64,000 nucleotides of DNA from Dehalococcoides mccartyi (GCA_020724525.1 DYGU01000007.1:1435-65434); one strand, 5' to 3'; positions 20,114 through 30,700 are shown, numbered from the stretch's first letter. The notes: a model not told the origin generated them from the sequence alone. Numbers and translations are program-made.

Positions 20114-20195
20114 GGGATTTCTCTTTTGCCAGCCTCCCATAATACCAGAGGCAGGCTTGGTCGGCAATAATAGCGGATGATTAGCAACTCTCTTT

Positions 20196-20255
20196 CGTCA
20201 TTGCGAGCGGAGCGTGGCAATCTCTGGGATTGCTTCGGGGCTCACGCCCCTCGCA
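20196..20255 (+). repeat. CGTC/TGTC-type palindromic repeat
   Basis: CGTCATTGCGAG..GCAATC..GATTGCTTCG..CTCGCA; related to 21649-21727 and 38818-38960. Confidence 0.75.
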
Positions 20256-20267
20256 TAGTAGAGGTTG

Positions 20268-20372
20268 TTTACCAATGCTTATACACCACCCTGAACAAGA
20301 CGAAGAAAACCTCACCTACCCTCTCCCTTGAAGAGAGAGGAATAAGGTGAGGGTGACAAAATAAACACTCTC
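20268..20372 (+). repeat. 105-bp dispersed repeat containing a DUF559-type REP doublet, copy 1
   Basis: Highly similar to 38621-38725; core CCTCACCTACCCTCTCCCTTGAAG(A/G)GAGAGGAATAAGGTGAGGGT. Confidence 0.88.
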
Positions 20373-20433
20373 AAATGATAGACCATTGCCCGGGTATTTT
20401 GCCCGTGTTATACTGGTGGACTGAGGTGGGAGA

Positions 20434-21639
20434 GTGTCTTTAGACCTGGCGCAAGTGGCTGAACAGATTGAGGGAATGGCAGCCAAGTTACAGGCAGGGC
20501 AGGAAGAAAGACGTCAAAAGCTCGAATTCGCCTTAAATACTCTCCTTTCTAATACAAAGAAGCTTGACTTCCTTAAGCAAAAAGTAGAGACCAGCAAGAC
20601 TACCTGGCTGGTAGCTGGCTTAGTAGATAGCCTTGACTCTCATATTCCGGCACCATCTTGCCCGAATAATTTTGTCGTTTTAGCTACGGATGGCTCTCAT
20701 ATTGATGTCGACCGCCACCGCTCGACTCGCTGTTTTGTGATTAACATCGGTGTGGCACGCCTTGACTATGGCGAAAAGCCAGCCGCTTTTCTTTTCAACT
20801 TGCCTTCCCTCCACTTTGACGAAGCCGAGGTGATTTTAAGCTCCCCCGATGGGACTCAACGGATAGAAATAGAAGGGCAACTATTAGGGGTGAAACGGAC
20901 TATTGAAGAATGTCGCATCCTGACTGAGTTGGCTGAGGAGGTAGAAAGTAATTTATCTACTGTAGCTCTTCTTGACGGGTCTCTCATTCTCTGGGGATTG
21001 ATCGGGCAGAGTTACCCTGACTTTGTCATTGACATTCTCCTGAAGAAAGGGCTACTGGAATATCTGGGGAAATTGAGACATCTGGCTCAAACTAGGCAAT
21101 TAGCCTTAGCCAGTTACATAAGCTTTCCCCGGAGTACTGACGTCGTAAATGTTCTGCGATTAGCCATATGTCCGTATCAGCCGGCAGACTGCGACCACTA
21201 TTGCGCTGATAAATTTGGGGAGAAGGGTTGTGATAAAGTAGCTGGACTTTTAGACCGGGAACTTTTCGACTGTCTACTGGCTACCGGGGAGAGGTCAGCA
21301 GTTTTCGTCAGCCGGTCTTCCATAGTTAGGGAGCATTATGGGGAACATCGGGTTTATTTCTTTTACCTGAAGATTGGTGAAGAAGTGGCTCGGCTGGAAG
21401 TGCCCCAGTGGATAGCTAAAGATAAAGGGCTGTTAGACCTGCTCCACAGCGTTGTTTTGGACCAGTGTCGGCGTGGGGAGGGATATCCGGTAGCTCTCAG
21501 TGAAGCTCATGAAAAAGCAGTGATAACAGCTCAGGACCGGGAGCAGTTCTGGCAACTTGTGGAGAAGACTTTAGTTATGGAAGAGAGACTGTTAAGAACC
21601 TCGGCTAAGAGCTGGAGTAAAAGAACACGATGGGTTTAG
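20434..21639 (+). CDS. nurA: NurA nuclease
   Basis: LATDGS, LLDGSL, ARLEVPQW, GYPVALSEAHEKA; upstream TTGCCC-17-TATACT promoter. Confidence 0.9.
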   Translation: MSLDLAQVAEQIEGMAAKLQAGQEERRQKLEFALNTLLSNTKKLDFLKQKVETSKTTWLVAGLVDSLDSHIPAPSCPNNFVVLATDGSHIDVDRHRSTRCFVINIGVARLDYGEKPAAFLFNLPSLHFDEAEVILSSPDGTQRIEIEGQLLGVKRTIEECRILTELAEEVESNLSTVALLDGSLILWGLIGQSYPDFVIDILLKKGLLEYLGKLRHLAQTRQLALASYISFPRSTDVVNVLRLAICPYQPADCDHYCADKFGEKGCDKVAGLLDRELFDCLLATGERSAVFVSRSSIVREHYGEHRVYFFYLKIGEEVARLEVPQWIAKDKGLLDLLHSVVLDQCRRGEGYPVALSEAHEKAVITAQDREQFWQLVEKTLVMEERLLRTSAKSWSKRTRWV

Positions 21640-21648
21640 GTTTTTAAC

Positions 21649-21727
21649 TGTTATTGCGAGGAACGGAGTGACAAAGCAATCTCAAACGAAATTGGTTGGG
21701 ATTGCTTCGCCTCTGGCTCGCAATGAC
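21649..21727 (+). repeat. TGTC-type palindromic repeat between nurA and the HAS gene
   Basis: TGTTATTGCGAG...GCAATCTC...GGGATTGCTTCG...CTCGCAATGAC. Confidence 0.8.
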
Positions 21728-21737
21728 CTGGGGAAAT

Positions 21738-22328
21738 GTGGAAACTTTAGTTAAAATAGGTGAAGTAATTGAAGCCAGTGGTAGCCAGTTTGTGGCTCAA
21801 TGCTACAAACTTCATCAACCACCCCCCTTAGGGAGCCTGGTGAAGACGAAGGAAGGGTCTATAGAAATTTATGGAGTAGTCTTTAATGCCGAGACCCATA
21901 GTTTGGAGCCAGGTCGTCGTCCTATTGCTCGAGGCAGTGAAGAACCAGGGGGTGAGGATGTTTTCCAAGCTAATCCTCAACTGGCTAAATTACTAACTAC
22001 CGATTTTGGGGCTCTGGTGGTAGGCTATAGAGAGGGGGGAGAGCTCTGCCACTATTTACCACCAAGACCAGCCTGTATTCACAGTTTCGTTTATCTTTGT
22101 CCCCTTGAGGAAGTTGAGGATTTCAGTCACTCCCTTGACTTTCTTCCTCTGCTTGTAGAGACTAATCTACCAATGCCTGTAGATGAAGTTATTGCGGCTT
22201 GTTTTCGCTATTTCAGCCAAGCTCACGCAGATAGACGAACTTTTCTGGTCAAGGCGGGCAAGGAATTGGCTTTGTTATTGGGGGGTGAGCTCAAAAGGCT
22301 TAACTCCATATTAAGGAAGCTGAAGTAA
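21738..22328 (+). CDS. Stand-alone HAS-barrel domain protein
   Basis: IGEVIEA..QF..QCY..PPLGSLVK..IYGVV; lies between nurA and herA; the ORF-track 5' extension is repeat sequence, GTG 21738 preferred. Confidence 0.7.
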   Translation: METLVKIGEVIEASGSQFVAQCYKLHQPPPLGSLVKTKEGSIEIYGVVFNAETHSLEPGRRPIARGSEEPGGEDVFQANPQLAKLLTTDFGALVVGYREGGELCHYLPPRPACIHSFVYLCPLEEVEDFSHSLDFLPLLVETNLPMPVDEVIAACFRYFSQAHADRRTFLVKAGKELALLLGGELKRLNSILRKLK

Positions 22329-22329
22329 G

Positions 22330-23958
22330 ATGATTAGTCAGAATTTCGGAGATGAAAACCGCCTGGGGATAGTGGTTTCCGGTTCTCTGACTAAAGGTGT
22401 GGAAGTGAAACTGGATCCAGGCATTTCCGTAGAGGATATGGTTGTTGGACGCTATGTAACTATTGAAGGAGAGAAGCGACATTTCTTCGGTACGATTACC
22501 GAGGTCAGTCTGGAGGCTATTGACCCCAAGATAGCAGTGGCACCACCGGATATTTCCGACCCCTTTATTGCTGAAGTGATTGCCGGTACTACAGTTTATG
22601 GTAAGCTTCGGGTCTTGCCCCACTTGACTTTAGGGAGCGACGCCACCAGTATTCTTGAAGGACCTCAGCCGGTGAAGACAGTCCCGGCTCATTTTTCGGT
22701 AGTGAAGTTAGCCTCACCAAGGGATGTGGAGCTGGTTTTTGGTTCAGAAGACGAGCGGCAATTCTATATCGGTACACCTCTGGATATGGAAACTAAAGTC
22801 TGCCTCGATGTCAAGAAGTTTGTGGAACGGTCTAACGGAGTTTTTGGGAAAAGCGGCACCGGAAAGACCTTTCTAACCCGACTACTCCTCATCGGTATCC
22901 TTCAGAAGCAGGCTGCAGTCAGTCTTGTCTTTGATATGCACAGTGAATATGGCTGGGAGGGACAGGATGAAAGAGGGCATAAAGTAAAGGGTCTAAAGCA
23001 GCTATTTCAGTCCCGGGTAGCTATCTTTTCTCTGGATGAAGAAAGTTCCCGGCGGCGAAGGGTGAACACAGATTTTATAGTTAAAATAGGTTATGATGAG
23101 ATTGAGCCGGAGGATATAGAGCTACTGCGCCAGACGCTAAATCTCACTGAAGCCTCAGTCCAGGCTATATATCAATTAGCCCGGGAATTTGGTGAGCGAA
23201 GATGGCTGGAGAGGTTACTTGACCTAAAAGATGAAGAGGAGACAAAGCAGCTTGTCTCTAAACTTAATATTCATGAGAGTACTTACCGCAATTTGCGGCG
23301 GGGGATGGAAAACCTGAGGCGGTTCCCCTTTTTAGTGCCTCAGGCTCCGGATAATTCTGTTAGGCGCATTCTTGAGTATTTGGACCGGGGGATAAATGTT
23401 ATTCTTGAATTTGGTAGGTATGAGGACTACGCTGCTTATATTTTAGTAGCCAATCTTCTTACTCGTCGCATCCATACCCGGTACCGAGAAAAGATGGAAC
23501 GAGCTATGGGAGAGGACTTGGCTCGACCTCGCCCGTTAGTTATTACTATTGAGGAGGCCCATCGTTTTCTCAATCCTGAGCTATCGGCGCAGACCATTTT
23601 CGGGCTTATCGCCCGGGAAATGAGGAAGTATAATGTTACTTTGCTTGTAATTGACCAGCGCCCCAGTGCTATTGATGAGGAAGTAATATCTCAATTAGGG
23701 ACAAAGATAACCTGCTTACTGGACAACGAGCGAGATATTGATAATGTTCTCACCGGGGTGCCCGGCAAAAGCGAACTCAAGGTAGTTCTGTCCAAGTTAG
23801 AAACAAAACAGCAAGCCCTCATCTTTGGTCATGCCGTCCCGATGCCGGTGGTAATTAAAACACGGGAGTATGGTTCGGCTGAGTCATACCGGGAATTTGT
23901 CTCACCGCGGTTAGCTGACCGAGGGCAAAGACTGGAAACAGACGACTTATGGGGATAA
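22330..23958 (+). CDS. herA: HerA ATPase/helicase
   Basis: N-terminal HAS barrel, GKSGTGKT, FDMHSEY, IEEAHRF, IAREMRKY, DQRPS. Confidence 0.92.
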   Translation: MISQNFGDENRLGIVVSGSLTKGVEVKLDPGISVEDMVVGRYVTIEGEKRHFFGTITEVSLEAIDPKIAVAPPDISDPFIAEVIAGTTVYGKLRVLPHLTLGSDATSILEGPQPVKTVPAHFSVVKLASPRDVELVFGSEDERQFYIGTPLDMETKVCLDVKKFVERSNGVFGKSGTGKTFLTRLLLIGILQKQAAVSLVFDMHSEYGWEGQDERGHKVKGLKQLFQSRVAIFSLDEESSRRRRVNTDFIVKIGYDEIEPEDIELLRQTLNLTEASVQAIYQLAREFGERRWLERLLDLKDEEETKQLVSKLNIHESTYRNLRRGMENLRRFPFLVPQAPDNSVRRILEYLDRGINVILEFGRYEDYAAYILVANLLTRRIHTRYREKMERAMGEDLARPRPLVITIEEAHRFLNPELSAQTIFGLIAREMRKYNVTLLVIDQRPSAIDEEVISQLGTKITCLLDNERDIDNVLTGVPGKSELKVVLSKLETKQQALIFGHAVPMPVVIKTREYGSAESYREFVSPRLADRGQRLETDDLWG

Positions 23959-23964
23959 TGAGTC

Positions 23965-24984
23965 TTGGCAGAAATTGTTAGAGTTAGCAAAAAGTCAATA
24001 AAGAAAGCAGCCTCTATCATAAGGGAAGGTGGACTTGTTGCTTTTCCCACTGAAACCGTTTATGGGCTTGGTGCAAATGCCTTTAACCCAGTAGCCGTAG
24101 CTAAAATATTTGAAGTAAAAAGAAGACCTTATTTTGACCCTATTATTGTGCATATAGCTGATCCTGGGGAAATTGGGCGCTTGTGTTTAGAAGTGAATAA
24201 TAGGGCAAAGATACTCATTGAGAGATTCTGGCCGGGACCACTCACTTTAGTGTTACCAAAATCCGATGTTGTACCTGATATAGTCACAGCTGGGCTTGAA
24301 ACTGTAGCGATGAGGATGCCATCCCATATAACAGCTTTAGAACTCATTAGAGAGGCAAACGTGCCAATAGCGGCACCGAGTGCCAATCTTTTTGGCTATT
24401 TGAGCCCGACGACAGCCGAGCACGTTGCCGAACAAATAGGGAAAGAAATTGATTTGATCCTGGACGGGGGTAAAACACTGGTGGGGGTGGAATCAACAGT
24501 TCTTGACCTATCGGGTGAACCTACCATACTCAGACCTGGTGGATTGCCTATTGAAGATATTGAGAAGGTGATAGGTAAAGTAGAGGTTTGTGTAATAAGT
24601 CAAAAACCACGCTCACCGGGGCAGCTCCGGCGACATTACTCTCCGCGAACTCCTCTTAAAATTCTTAAAGACAAAAAATTCGATATACTCGAGGGAGTAA
24701 AGGCTGGATTTCTGTCATTTACACCTATAAAAAATAAGTCACCCTTTAAAAAGATAGAAGTTCTTTCTGCCTCGGGAAATCTCCAGGAAGCAGCTGCGAA
24801 TCTGTTCTCCTGCTTGCACAATTTGGATAAAGGTGGTTTGGATATCATCTATGTGGAACCAGTTCCTGAAATAGGGCTTGGAAAAGCAATTATGGATAGG
24901 CTTCGCAAAGCAGAGGGTATAAAAAATCCTGGCGCAAATAGCTCTGAACTTGATAATAATTGTGTGCTTGGTGTAAAAAGTTAA
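23965..24984 (+). CDS. sua5: Threonylcarbamoyl-AMP synthase Sua5
   Basis: AFPTETVYGLG, FWPGPLT, AAPSAN, GVESTV, SPGQ..HYSP, C-terminal SUA5 domain. Confidence 0.95.
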   Translation: MAEIVRVSKKSIKKAASIIREGGLVAFPTETVYGLGANAFNPVAVAKIFEVKRRPYFDPIIVHIADPGEIGRLCLEVNNRAKILIERFWPGPLTLVLPKSDVVPDIVTAGLETVAMRMPSHITALELIREANVPIAAPSANLFGYLSPTTAEHVAEQIGKEIDLILDGGKTLVGVESTVLDLSGEPTILRPGGLPIEDIEKVIGKVEVCVISQKPRSPGQLRRHYSPRTPLKILKDKKFDILEGVKAGFLSFTPIKNKSPFKKIEVLSASGNLQEAAANLFSCLHNLDKGGLDIIYVEPVPEIGLGKAIMDRLRKAEGIKNPGANSSELDNNCVLGVKS

Positions 24985-25045
24985 AAAGCTGCCGATTCTC
25001 GGAAGGTGATTGGAACCTAAAGTGTTATCCCAGTCGGGAGCAAGA

Positions 25046-25095
25046 GCGACCCTTCAGGGTCGCTTCTCTGTAGCATGGCTAAAGCCTCTTTCAAC
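25046..25095 (-). repeat. GTAG-type palindromic repeat
   Basis: Reverse complement GAGGCTTTAGCC..GCTACAGA.AAGCGACCCTGAAGGGTCGC matches 38755-38804. Confidence 0.8.
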
Positions 25096-25106
25096 GCCGC
25101 AAATGG

Positions 25107-27671
25107 TCAATCCAAAGAAAACGTTGAGCCGACTGCGGTTTTAATGACATTGATACGCACCGGAAAGGCATCCTTCATTTCTTCAAGATGAGTAATAACC
25201 AGTATCTTCTCAAAGTCATCCTGAATTGAATTTATAGCCTCAATGAGCTTCTCCCGGCCCGAGCTGTCCTGTGTTCCGAAGCCTTCGTCTATAATCAGAA
25301 TAGGTAATGAAGCTCCAGCCCGCCTTACCAGGAGTTTAGACAGGGCAATGCGGAGAGCCAGATCAATTCGGAAAGACTCACCACCACTATACATTTCATA
25401 ATTGCGAGTACCCAGTTCATCAGCAATTTTAATATCCAAAGTTTCAATAGTCCTACCCTTCTTCGTTTCTCTTTGTGTCTCCAATCGCATTGACATTCTG
25501 TTATCAGTCATTTTACCTAATAGCAGGTTAGCTTCTGACTCAATTTCTGGAAGAGCTCTCTCAATTAATAAAGCTTGAATGCCCTTTTTACCAAAAGCCT
25601 CGGCTAACTCCTTATAAATCCCTGATTCATTTAGGATCTTTCCTAACAGCTTTTCCTTCTCCTGCTTGCTCTTTTCCAGACTACTACAATAGTTTAGCCT
25701 TTCCTCTAATCGGCTTACCCTGTCCCGAACCTCCCGTTCCCTATTCTTAGATGTCTGATAAGCCTCATCAGTCTTGGTTAATCTATCAACCATTTCAGGT
25801 AAAGCTGCTAACTCCGTTACTAACTCCTCTTGTTTCTGCCTGCTTTCCTTTATCTTCTCATGTTGACGGGTAATAGCCTCATCAACCGCAACTAAGGCGG
25901 CTCTCTCATCGCCAATTAAGCGCTTAGCTTCCTCTAACCTGTGCTTAAGCTCATCATATTTTTGCCATTTTAATAGTTGCTCCTTCACATACTCGTGTCT
26001 CTGCCGGTCATATCCCAGTTTCTCCCGCTCTCTTTCCAGTCCCAAAAGTTTCTGTTGACTTTCAACCTCATAGTCTTTTTCCTCCAAGCGTCTTCCAATT
26101 TCTTGCAGCTTCATTTTTTCTCGGGACAGTTCATCACCTGCCTGTTTAGCTTCGGCAATTTCCTTCTCAATGACTCTTGACTGTGCCTCCTTTTCAGCTC
26201 GTTCCTTATTTAAAGAAGACTCTTTCTTGGCTAAGGTGTTCTCCAAACTCCAATGCTCTAATCTTTTTTTTTCGATTTGTTCCTTACCACGTCTATAAGC
26301 CTCACCCTTATCCATTATTTCCATTTCCCACTTGACTCGCAGTTTGGCTTGTCCCTCTACTCCCAGCTCCGTTTCACATAAAGGGCAACGGACGTCACTC
26401 TTAAGCAAAAGACTCATTTTCCCCTCCAACGCCTTCAGTTCCTCATCTAAGTGGGCATTGTTGGCTTCAAGACACTGAATTTCAGATAAAAGCTGCTGGG
26501 CATGGTATCTCATTTCGGTCACATCTTCTGCCACCTTCACCAGCGTAGCCAGTTCCTCCTGAATATGAGCATATCTTGCTTCAAGCTGAGGTAATTTCTT
26601 AAACTTAGCTTCGCGTTCAGCAATCCGGTTCTGAGTCATTACATGCTCCATACTTAAGGCTTTTGCCACTTCCTCAATAGCCTTCTCAAGCTCCCTGACC
26701 TGTTCATTTAAGTTCAGGAGTTTACTGAGTCGGCGATTAAAATCGTCATCGCTTTCTTTAGCTTGCACAAACTGGTTATAGCCTTCTTCTATTTGAGTTT
26801 GCTCAGATATCACCTGCTCATACTCATCGAGCTTACTGCGATGCCTCCTAAGTCTGTTTTCCCAGAATTCAAACTCTTTCTCTGTATCTTCAAGGGCTTT
26901 CTTAATATCTGTTAGCTGTTCTTCCTTGCGCTCCAAAAATTGTTTTTGCTGACGCAACTCAAGAAGAATAGCCTCATAGTTTTTTACTTCTGTTTCAAGT
27001 CTAACTAATTCTTGTCGCTCTACACGCCATTCAGTCCCGTAATCACTTTTATAAGCTAATTGAGTCTCAATTTCAGCAATAGCATTCCTCAGTATCTCAG
27101 CTTCCCCCTCTTTTTGCCTGGCAAATTCTTTAGCTTTCTTCTCAAGTTCGTCATAAACTGCCAGCCCCAAAATATTAGCCAGGATCTCCTTACGCTGCCC
27201 GGGTTGTTTAATACTAAACTCATCAGCACGACCCTGCACCAGAAAGGCACTATTGACAAAGGTCATATAGTCCATATGCAGGATGTCAATAATTTTTCTC
27301 TCGGTTTCTGTAAGACTGTTACCAGTAAGAGGTCTAAAGTTACTATCAGTGGCTACTTGGAGTTGTAAGTCACTCTTTCCGGCTCGAGATAGATTAGATT
27401 TGGCATGCTTTCGAATAACCCGGTAGTGCTGCCCTTTAACAATGAACTCCAGTTCTACCTCCATCTCCGTTTGCCCTAAATGGACCAGGTCATCATCGTT
27501 TTTAGCCCTTGATTTACCCCAGAGTGCCCAGGTCATAGCATCAAAGAGTGCCGATTTACCATTGCCATTGTTGCCACAAAGACAAGCCACATGGATGCCA
27601 TCGAAGAGCAAAGGGGGCACATTGTCCCGATAACACATGAAGTTCTTCAGTGACAGTTTAACGGGAATCAT
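25107..27671 (-). CDS. sbcC: SbcC/Rad50 SMC-like ATPase
   Basis: Walker A GNNGNGKS, long coiled coil with central CPLC zinc hook, SGGE signature, IIDEGFGTQD, ITH. Confidence 0.92.
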   Translation of the reverse strand: MIPVKLSLKNFMCYRDNVPPLLFDGIHVACLCGNNGNGKSALFDAMTWALWGKSRAKNDDDLVHLGQTEMEVELEFIVKGQHYRVIRKHAKSNLSRAGKSDLQLQVATDSNFRPLTGNSLTETERKIIDILHMDYMTFVNSAFLVQGRADEFSIKQPGQRKEILANILGLAVYDELEKKAKEFARQKEGEAEILRNAIAEIETQLAYKSDYGTEWRVERQELVRLETEVKNYEAILLELRQQKQFLERKEEQLTDIKKALEDTEKEFEFWENRLRRHRSKLDEYEQVISEQTQIEEGYNQFVQAKESDDDFNRRLSKLLNLNEQVRELEKAIEEVAKALSMEHVMTQNRIAEREAKFKKLPQLEARYAHIQEELATLVKVAEDVTEMRYHAQQLLSEIQCLEANNAHLDEELKALEGKMSLLLKSDVRCPLCETELGVEGQAKLRVKWEMEIMDKGEAYRRGKEQIEKKRLEHWSLENTLAKKESSLNKERAEKEAQSRVIEKEIAEAKQAGDELSREKMKLQEIGRRLEEKDYEVESQQKLLGLEREREKLGYDRQRHEYVKEQLLKWQKYDELKHRLEEAKRLIGDERAALVAVDEAITRQHEKIKESRQKQEELVTELAALPEMVDRLTKTDEAYQTSKNREREVRDRVSRLEERLNYCSSLEKSKQEKEKLLGKILNESGIYKELAEAFGKKGIQALLIERALPEIESEANLLLGKMTDNRMSMRLETQRETKKGRTIETLDIKIADELGTRNYEMYSGGESFRIDLALRIALSKLLVRRAGASLPILIIDEGFGTQDSSGREKLIEAINSIQDDFEKILVITHLEEMKDAFPVRINVIKTAVGSTFSLD

Positions 27672-27692
27672 CTATCCACACCTGTTCCTAAA

Positions 27693-29282
27693 TTATAATG
27701 AAGAAAATTCCATCCTCTGAGCTGGGACCGGGATTTGTACTTTGATTGGGGTGCTGGCAAAGTTAGTCACAAAAAAGTCTGGGTTAACCGAATGAACTGG
27801 AATGAGAATTTTGGGAGAAATTTTTGTAATAAGCTCAATAAGCTCCAGACCTGAGGCATGACCTGAAGCATGAAACCCTCGCTCGGCTTCAGGTATTTCC
27901 CACTTGTATGGTTCCACTTCTCTAGGTAACCCGAATCCTATCATTCCAAAGTGCTTAATCCAGTTATGAAGACGCCGTATATCAAGAGCGCCCTCCTCGT
28001 CGAATACTTCACTCGACGAATAGAGATAAACACTCCCGTCTCTGGGCATAATGGTTGGTAGTTCACTCATATCAAAAAAGCTAAAACAAAGGATATATAA
28101 ATCTTGATTAGTCTGAATTTCTTTTGCTGATACTAACTTGTTTCGATACTTGATGCAAATATCCTGTTCCCACTTTTCATAGCTAACTTTAGCTTCATCA
28201 TAAATATACAGAGCTTTTTCTGAGGCAATTTCCGGCGCCTCTCTACTAATATAATGCATTGCCTGTAAAAGATAAGCATCACGAGGTAGGACTACCAGAC
28301 AGCGGTTAACTTCCCGAGCAATCCGCAAAAAGGTTAGAAGTCTCTCCACATGCCGAGGCCCAAAATCAGCAATAACCAATCCCTTTGCCTGTCTAATTAT
28401 CCTTAAGGCGTTAAGATAAACTTCTTCCTCAGTCACCGAGGTAGTTTTATCCACGTTAGTTCCTTCACAAATAAGAATAAGTGGCTTCAGTGCTGCCACC
28501 TGGTCCATAAATTCCTCAGTTAGCTTCCCCATCCTTAAGTCACCAGTATAAACCACCCAACCCGAACTCGTTTCCACAGCAAAAGCAGCAGCACCGAAAA
28601 TAGAATGATTTACTGGAAAGCACCGGACACCAAGTTGCCCAACTTTGTCTGCCTTCTGAATGGGAACGGAGTGAAGTTCCCGACTACCTGGTTTGCCCCG
28701 CCAGAAAGTCAACGCTTCTCCAGCTAAACTCGAAAGGTCAAAGACCTTAAAAGTCCTTTGCTGGGCGGCTACCTTCCTGTAATCTGCAGAACATAGAACA
28801 CTGATTTTACCATTTTTGGGGATAGAGTATTCTCGTGGAATTAGATAGCATACCTCCTTCTCAAAATCTGACTTACCACTATCTTGTATGGCTTTAGAAA
28901 TAAAAGCAGTCATGGCTGTGCTGTAAACAGGTGTAGTTCTTTTTAGAAAAGAAATATAGCCACTATGGTCAAGATGAGCATGGGATAAAAGCACAGTGTC
29001 AATTTCAAGTTGATAAGAGGCTGGAACTGGCTCAAAATAAGACCTGAGCTCTACCGTAATAAAATCTTCTCGATAAATAGTCAGCAAAGATGGCAAAAGC
29101 GCCATCTCCAAAAGGTTAAGGAGCCCAGCACTACTTCGCGGTTTTAAATACTCTTCAAAGTACCTGCTTCGAGTAAAAAATGAAGTGCCAAAATCAAAGA
29201 AAAGGCAACAGGATGAATCCTCCAAGAGAACCTTGTTTCCTCCAATCTCATTAACCCCACCAAAGAAAGTTAATGACAACAT
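27693..29282 (-). CDS. MBL-fold beta-CASP nuclease (RNase J-like)
   Basis: GGVNEIGGN, SHAHLDH, VNHS, YTGD, CEGT, HASGH, IPVHS. Confidence 0.85.
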   Translation of the reverse strand: MLSLTFFGGVNEIGGNKVLLEDSSCCLFFDFGTSFFTRSRYFEEYLKPRSSAGLLNLLEMALLPSLLTIYREDFITVELRSYFEPVPASYQLEIDTVLLSHAHLDHSGYISFLKRTTPVYSTAMTAFISKAIQDSGKSDFEKEVCYLIPREYSIPKNGKISVLCSADYRKVAAQQRTFKVFDLSSLAGEALTFWRGKPGSRELHSVPIQKADKVGQLGVRCFPVNHSIFGAAAFAVETSSGWVVYTGDLRMGKLTEEFMDQVAALKPLILICEGTNVDKTTSVTEEEVYLNALRIIRQAKGLVIADFGPRHVERLLTFLRIAREVNRCLVVLPRDAYLLQAMHYISREAPEIASEKALYIYDEAKVSYEKWEQDICIKYRNKLVSAKEIQTNQDLYILCFSFFDMSELPTIMPRDGSVYLYSSSEVFDEEGALDIRRLHNWIKHFGMIGFGLPREVEPYKWEIPEAERGFHASGHASGLELIELITKISPKILIPVHSVNPDFFVTNFASTPIKVQIPVPAQRMEFSSL

Positions 29283-29374
29283 GAGACTATTTTATCACAA
29301 GACTATTTTTCCTTGGCCTGGTGCATTTGACCACTGAATTACACTCACATTACAATACTTCATGGAGACTGCCT

Positions 29375-30700
29375 ATGTTTGAAATTTTAACGCAAAAGTT
29401 GACTCGGATATGGCATCAGCTAAGTGCCAAGGGAAAACTTAGGGAACAGGATATTGACGAAGCTTTGCGTCAAGTTCGCCTGGCACTTTTGGAAGCAGAT
29501 GTGAATTTTAAAGTGGTGAAGGAGTTCTTATCTCAAGTACGAACCCGCCTTGTTACTACTGAAGTGCTTGAGAGCCTCACCCCCACACAACAAATTATTA
29601 AAGTAATTAATGAAGAGCTTATCACTATTTTGGGTAAAGAACCAAGCCGTCTCCAAACCGCCAACCAGTCTCCAGCCATCGCCATGCTTGTTGGTCTACA
29701 GGGTTCGGGAAAGACAACAACAGCTGCCAAGTTAGCTCTCCACTTAAAACAAGCTGGGCATTCCCCTTTGTTAATAGCTGCCGATGTTTGGCGCCCCGCA
29801 GCTATTGAACAATTAGTTACTCTGGGTAAAGAGCTAAATATTCCGGTCTACGCTAAAGATATCAAAACTGACCCAATAATCATCTGTACACAAGGATTAA
29901 AGCAGGCAAAAGAAATGGGCGCCACCTGGGTTATTATTGATACCCAAGGGCGACTCCATATAGATGAAACAATGATGAAGGAGTTAGCCCAAATAAGAGC
30001 TAAACTTCGTCCTTTAGAGACACTCTTGACCGTGGACGCCATGACAGGACAAGATGCGATTAGGGTTGCCGAGGAATTTCAAACTCAAGTCGGTTTAAAC
30101 GGTCTTGTCTTGACCAAAATGGATGGGGACGCCCGAGGCGGAGCAGCTCTTTCCATTAGATTCATCACTGGAGTGCCCGTAAAATTCATCGGGGTTGGTG
30201 AAAAACCTCATGCCTTGGAACCTTTCTACCCAGAACGCCTAGCATCTCGCATTCTGGGTATGGGAGATATGCTTAGCCTGATTGAAAAAGCCGAAAAGGC
30301 TTTCGATGCCAGTCAAGCCAAAAAGCTGGAGAAAAAAATCCGCTCTGCCAGCTTCAACCTGGAAGATTTTCTATGGCAATTACAGCAAATTAAAAAAATG
30401 GGACCAATAACTCAAATTGTAGAGACGTTACCAGGATTATCCAGCTTTGTTCCCCACCTATCTAATAAAATAGATGAAAAGCAGTTAAAGAAAGTAGAAG
30501 CCATTATCTTATCTATGACTCCCGGGGAACGACACAACCCCCTCATTATAAATGGTAGTCGTCGACGGCGGATTGCCCGAGGCAGTGGTACTACTCCCCA
30601 GGATGTCAATCGACTCCTTAATCAGTTCCAGCAAATCCAGAAGTTAACCAAAATAGCAACCAAAGGAAAACTACCTAAAAACTTTCCTCTTATCTCCTGA
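29375..30700 (+). CDS. ffh: Signal recognition particle protein Ffh
   Basis: ALLEADV, GLQGSGKTT, DTQGR, DAMTGQDA, TKMDGDARGG, RIARGSG; ATG 29375. Confidence 0.97.
   Translation: MFEILTQKLTRIWHQLSAKGKLREQDIDEALRQVRLALLEADVNFKVVKEFLSQVRTRLVTTEVLESLTPTQQIIKVINEELITILGKEPSRLQTANQSPAIAMLVGLQGSGKTTTAAKLALHLKQAGHSPLLIAADVWRPAAIEQLVTLGKELNIPVYAKDIKTDPIIICTQGLKQAKEMGATWVIIDTQGRLHIDETMMKELAQIRAKLRPLETLLTVDAMTGQDAIRVAEEFQTQVGLNGLVLTKMDGDARGGAALSIRFITGVPVKFIGVGEKPHALEPFYPERLASRILGMGDMLSLIEKAEKAFDASQAKKLEKKIRSASFNLEDFLWQLQQIKKMGPITQIVETLPGLSSFVPHLSNKIDEKQLKKVEAIILSMTPGERHNPLIINGSRRRRIARGSGTTPQDVNRLLNQFQQIQKLTKIATKGKLPKNFPLIS

Noticed and set aside
21696-21737. ORF-track N-terminal extension of the HAS gene
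   Set aside because: It is translated palindromic repeat sequence
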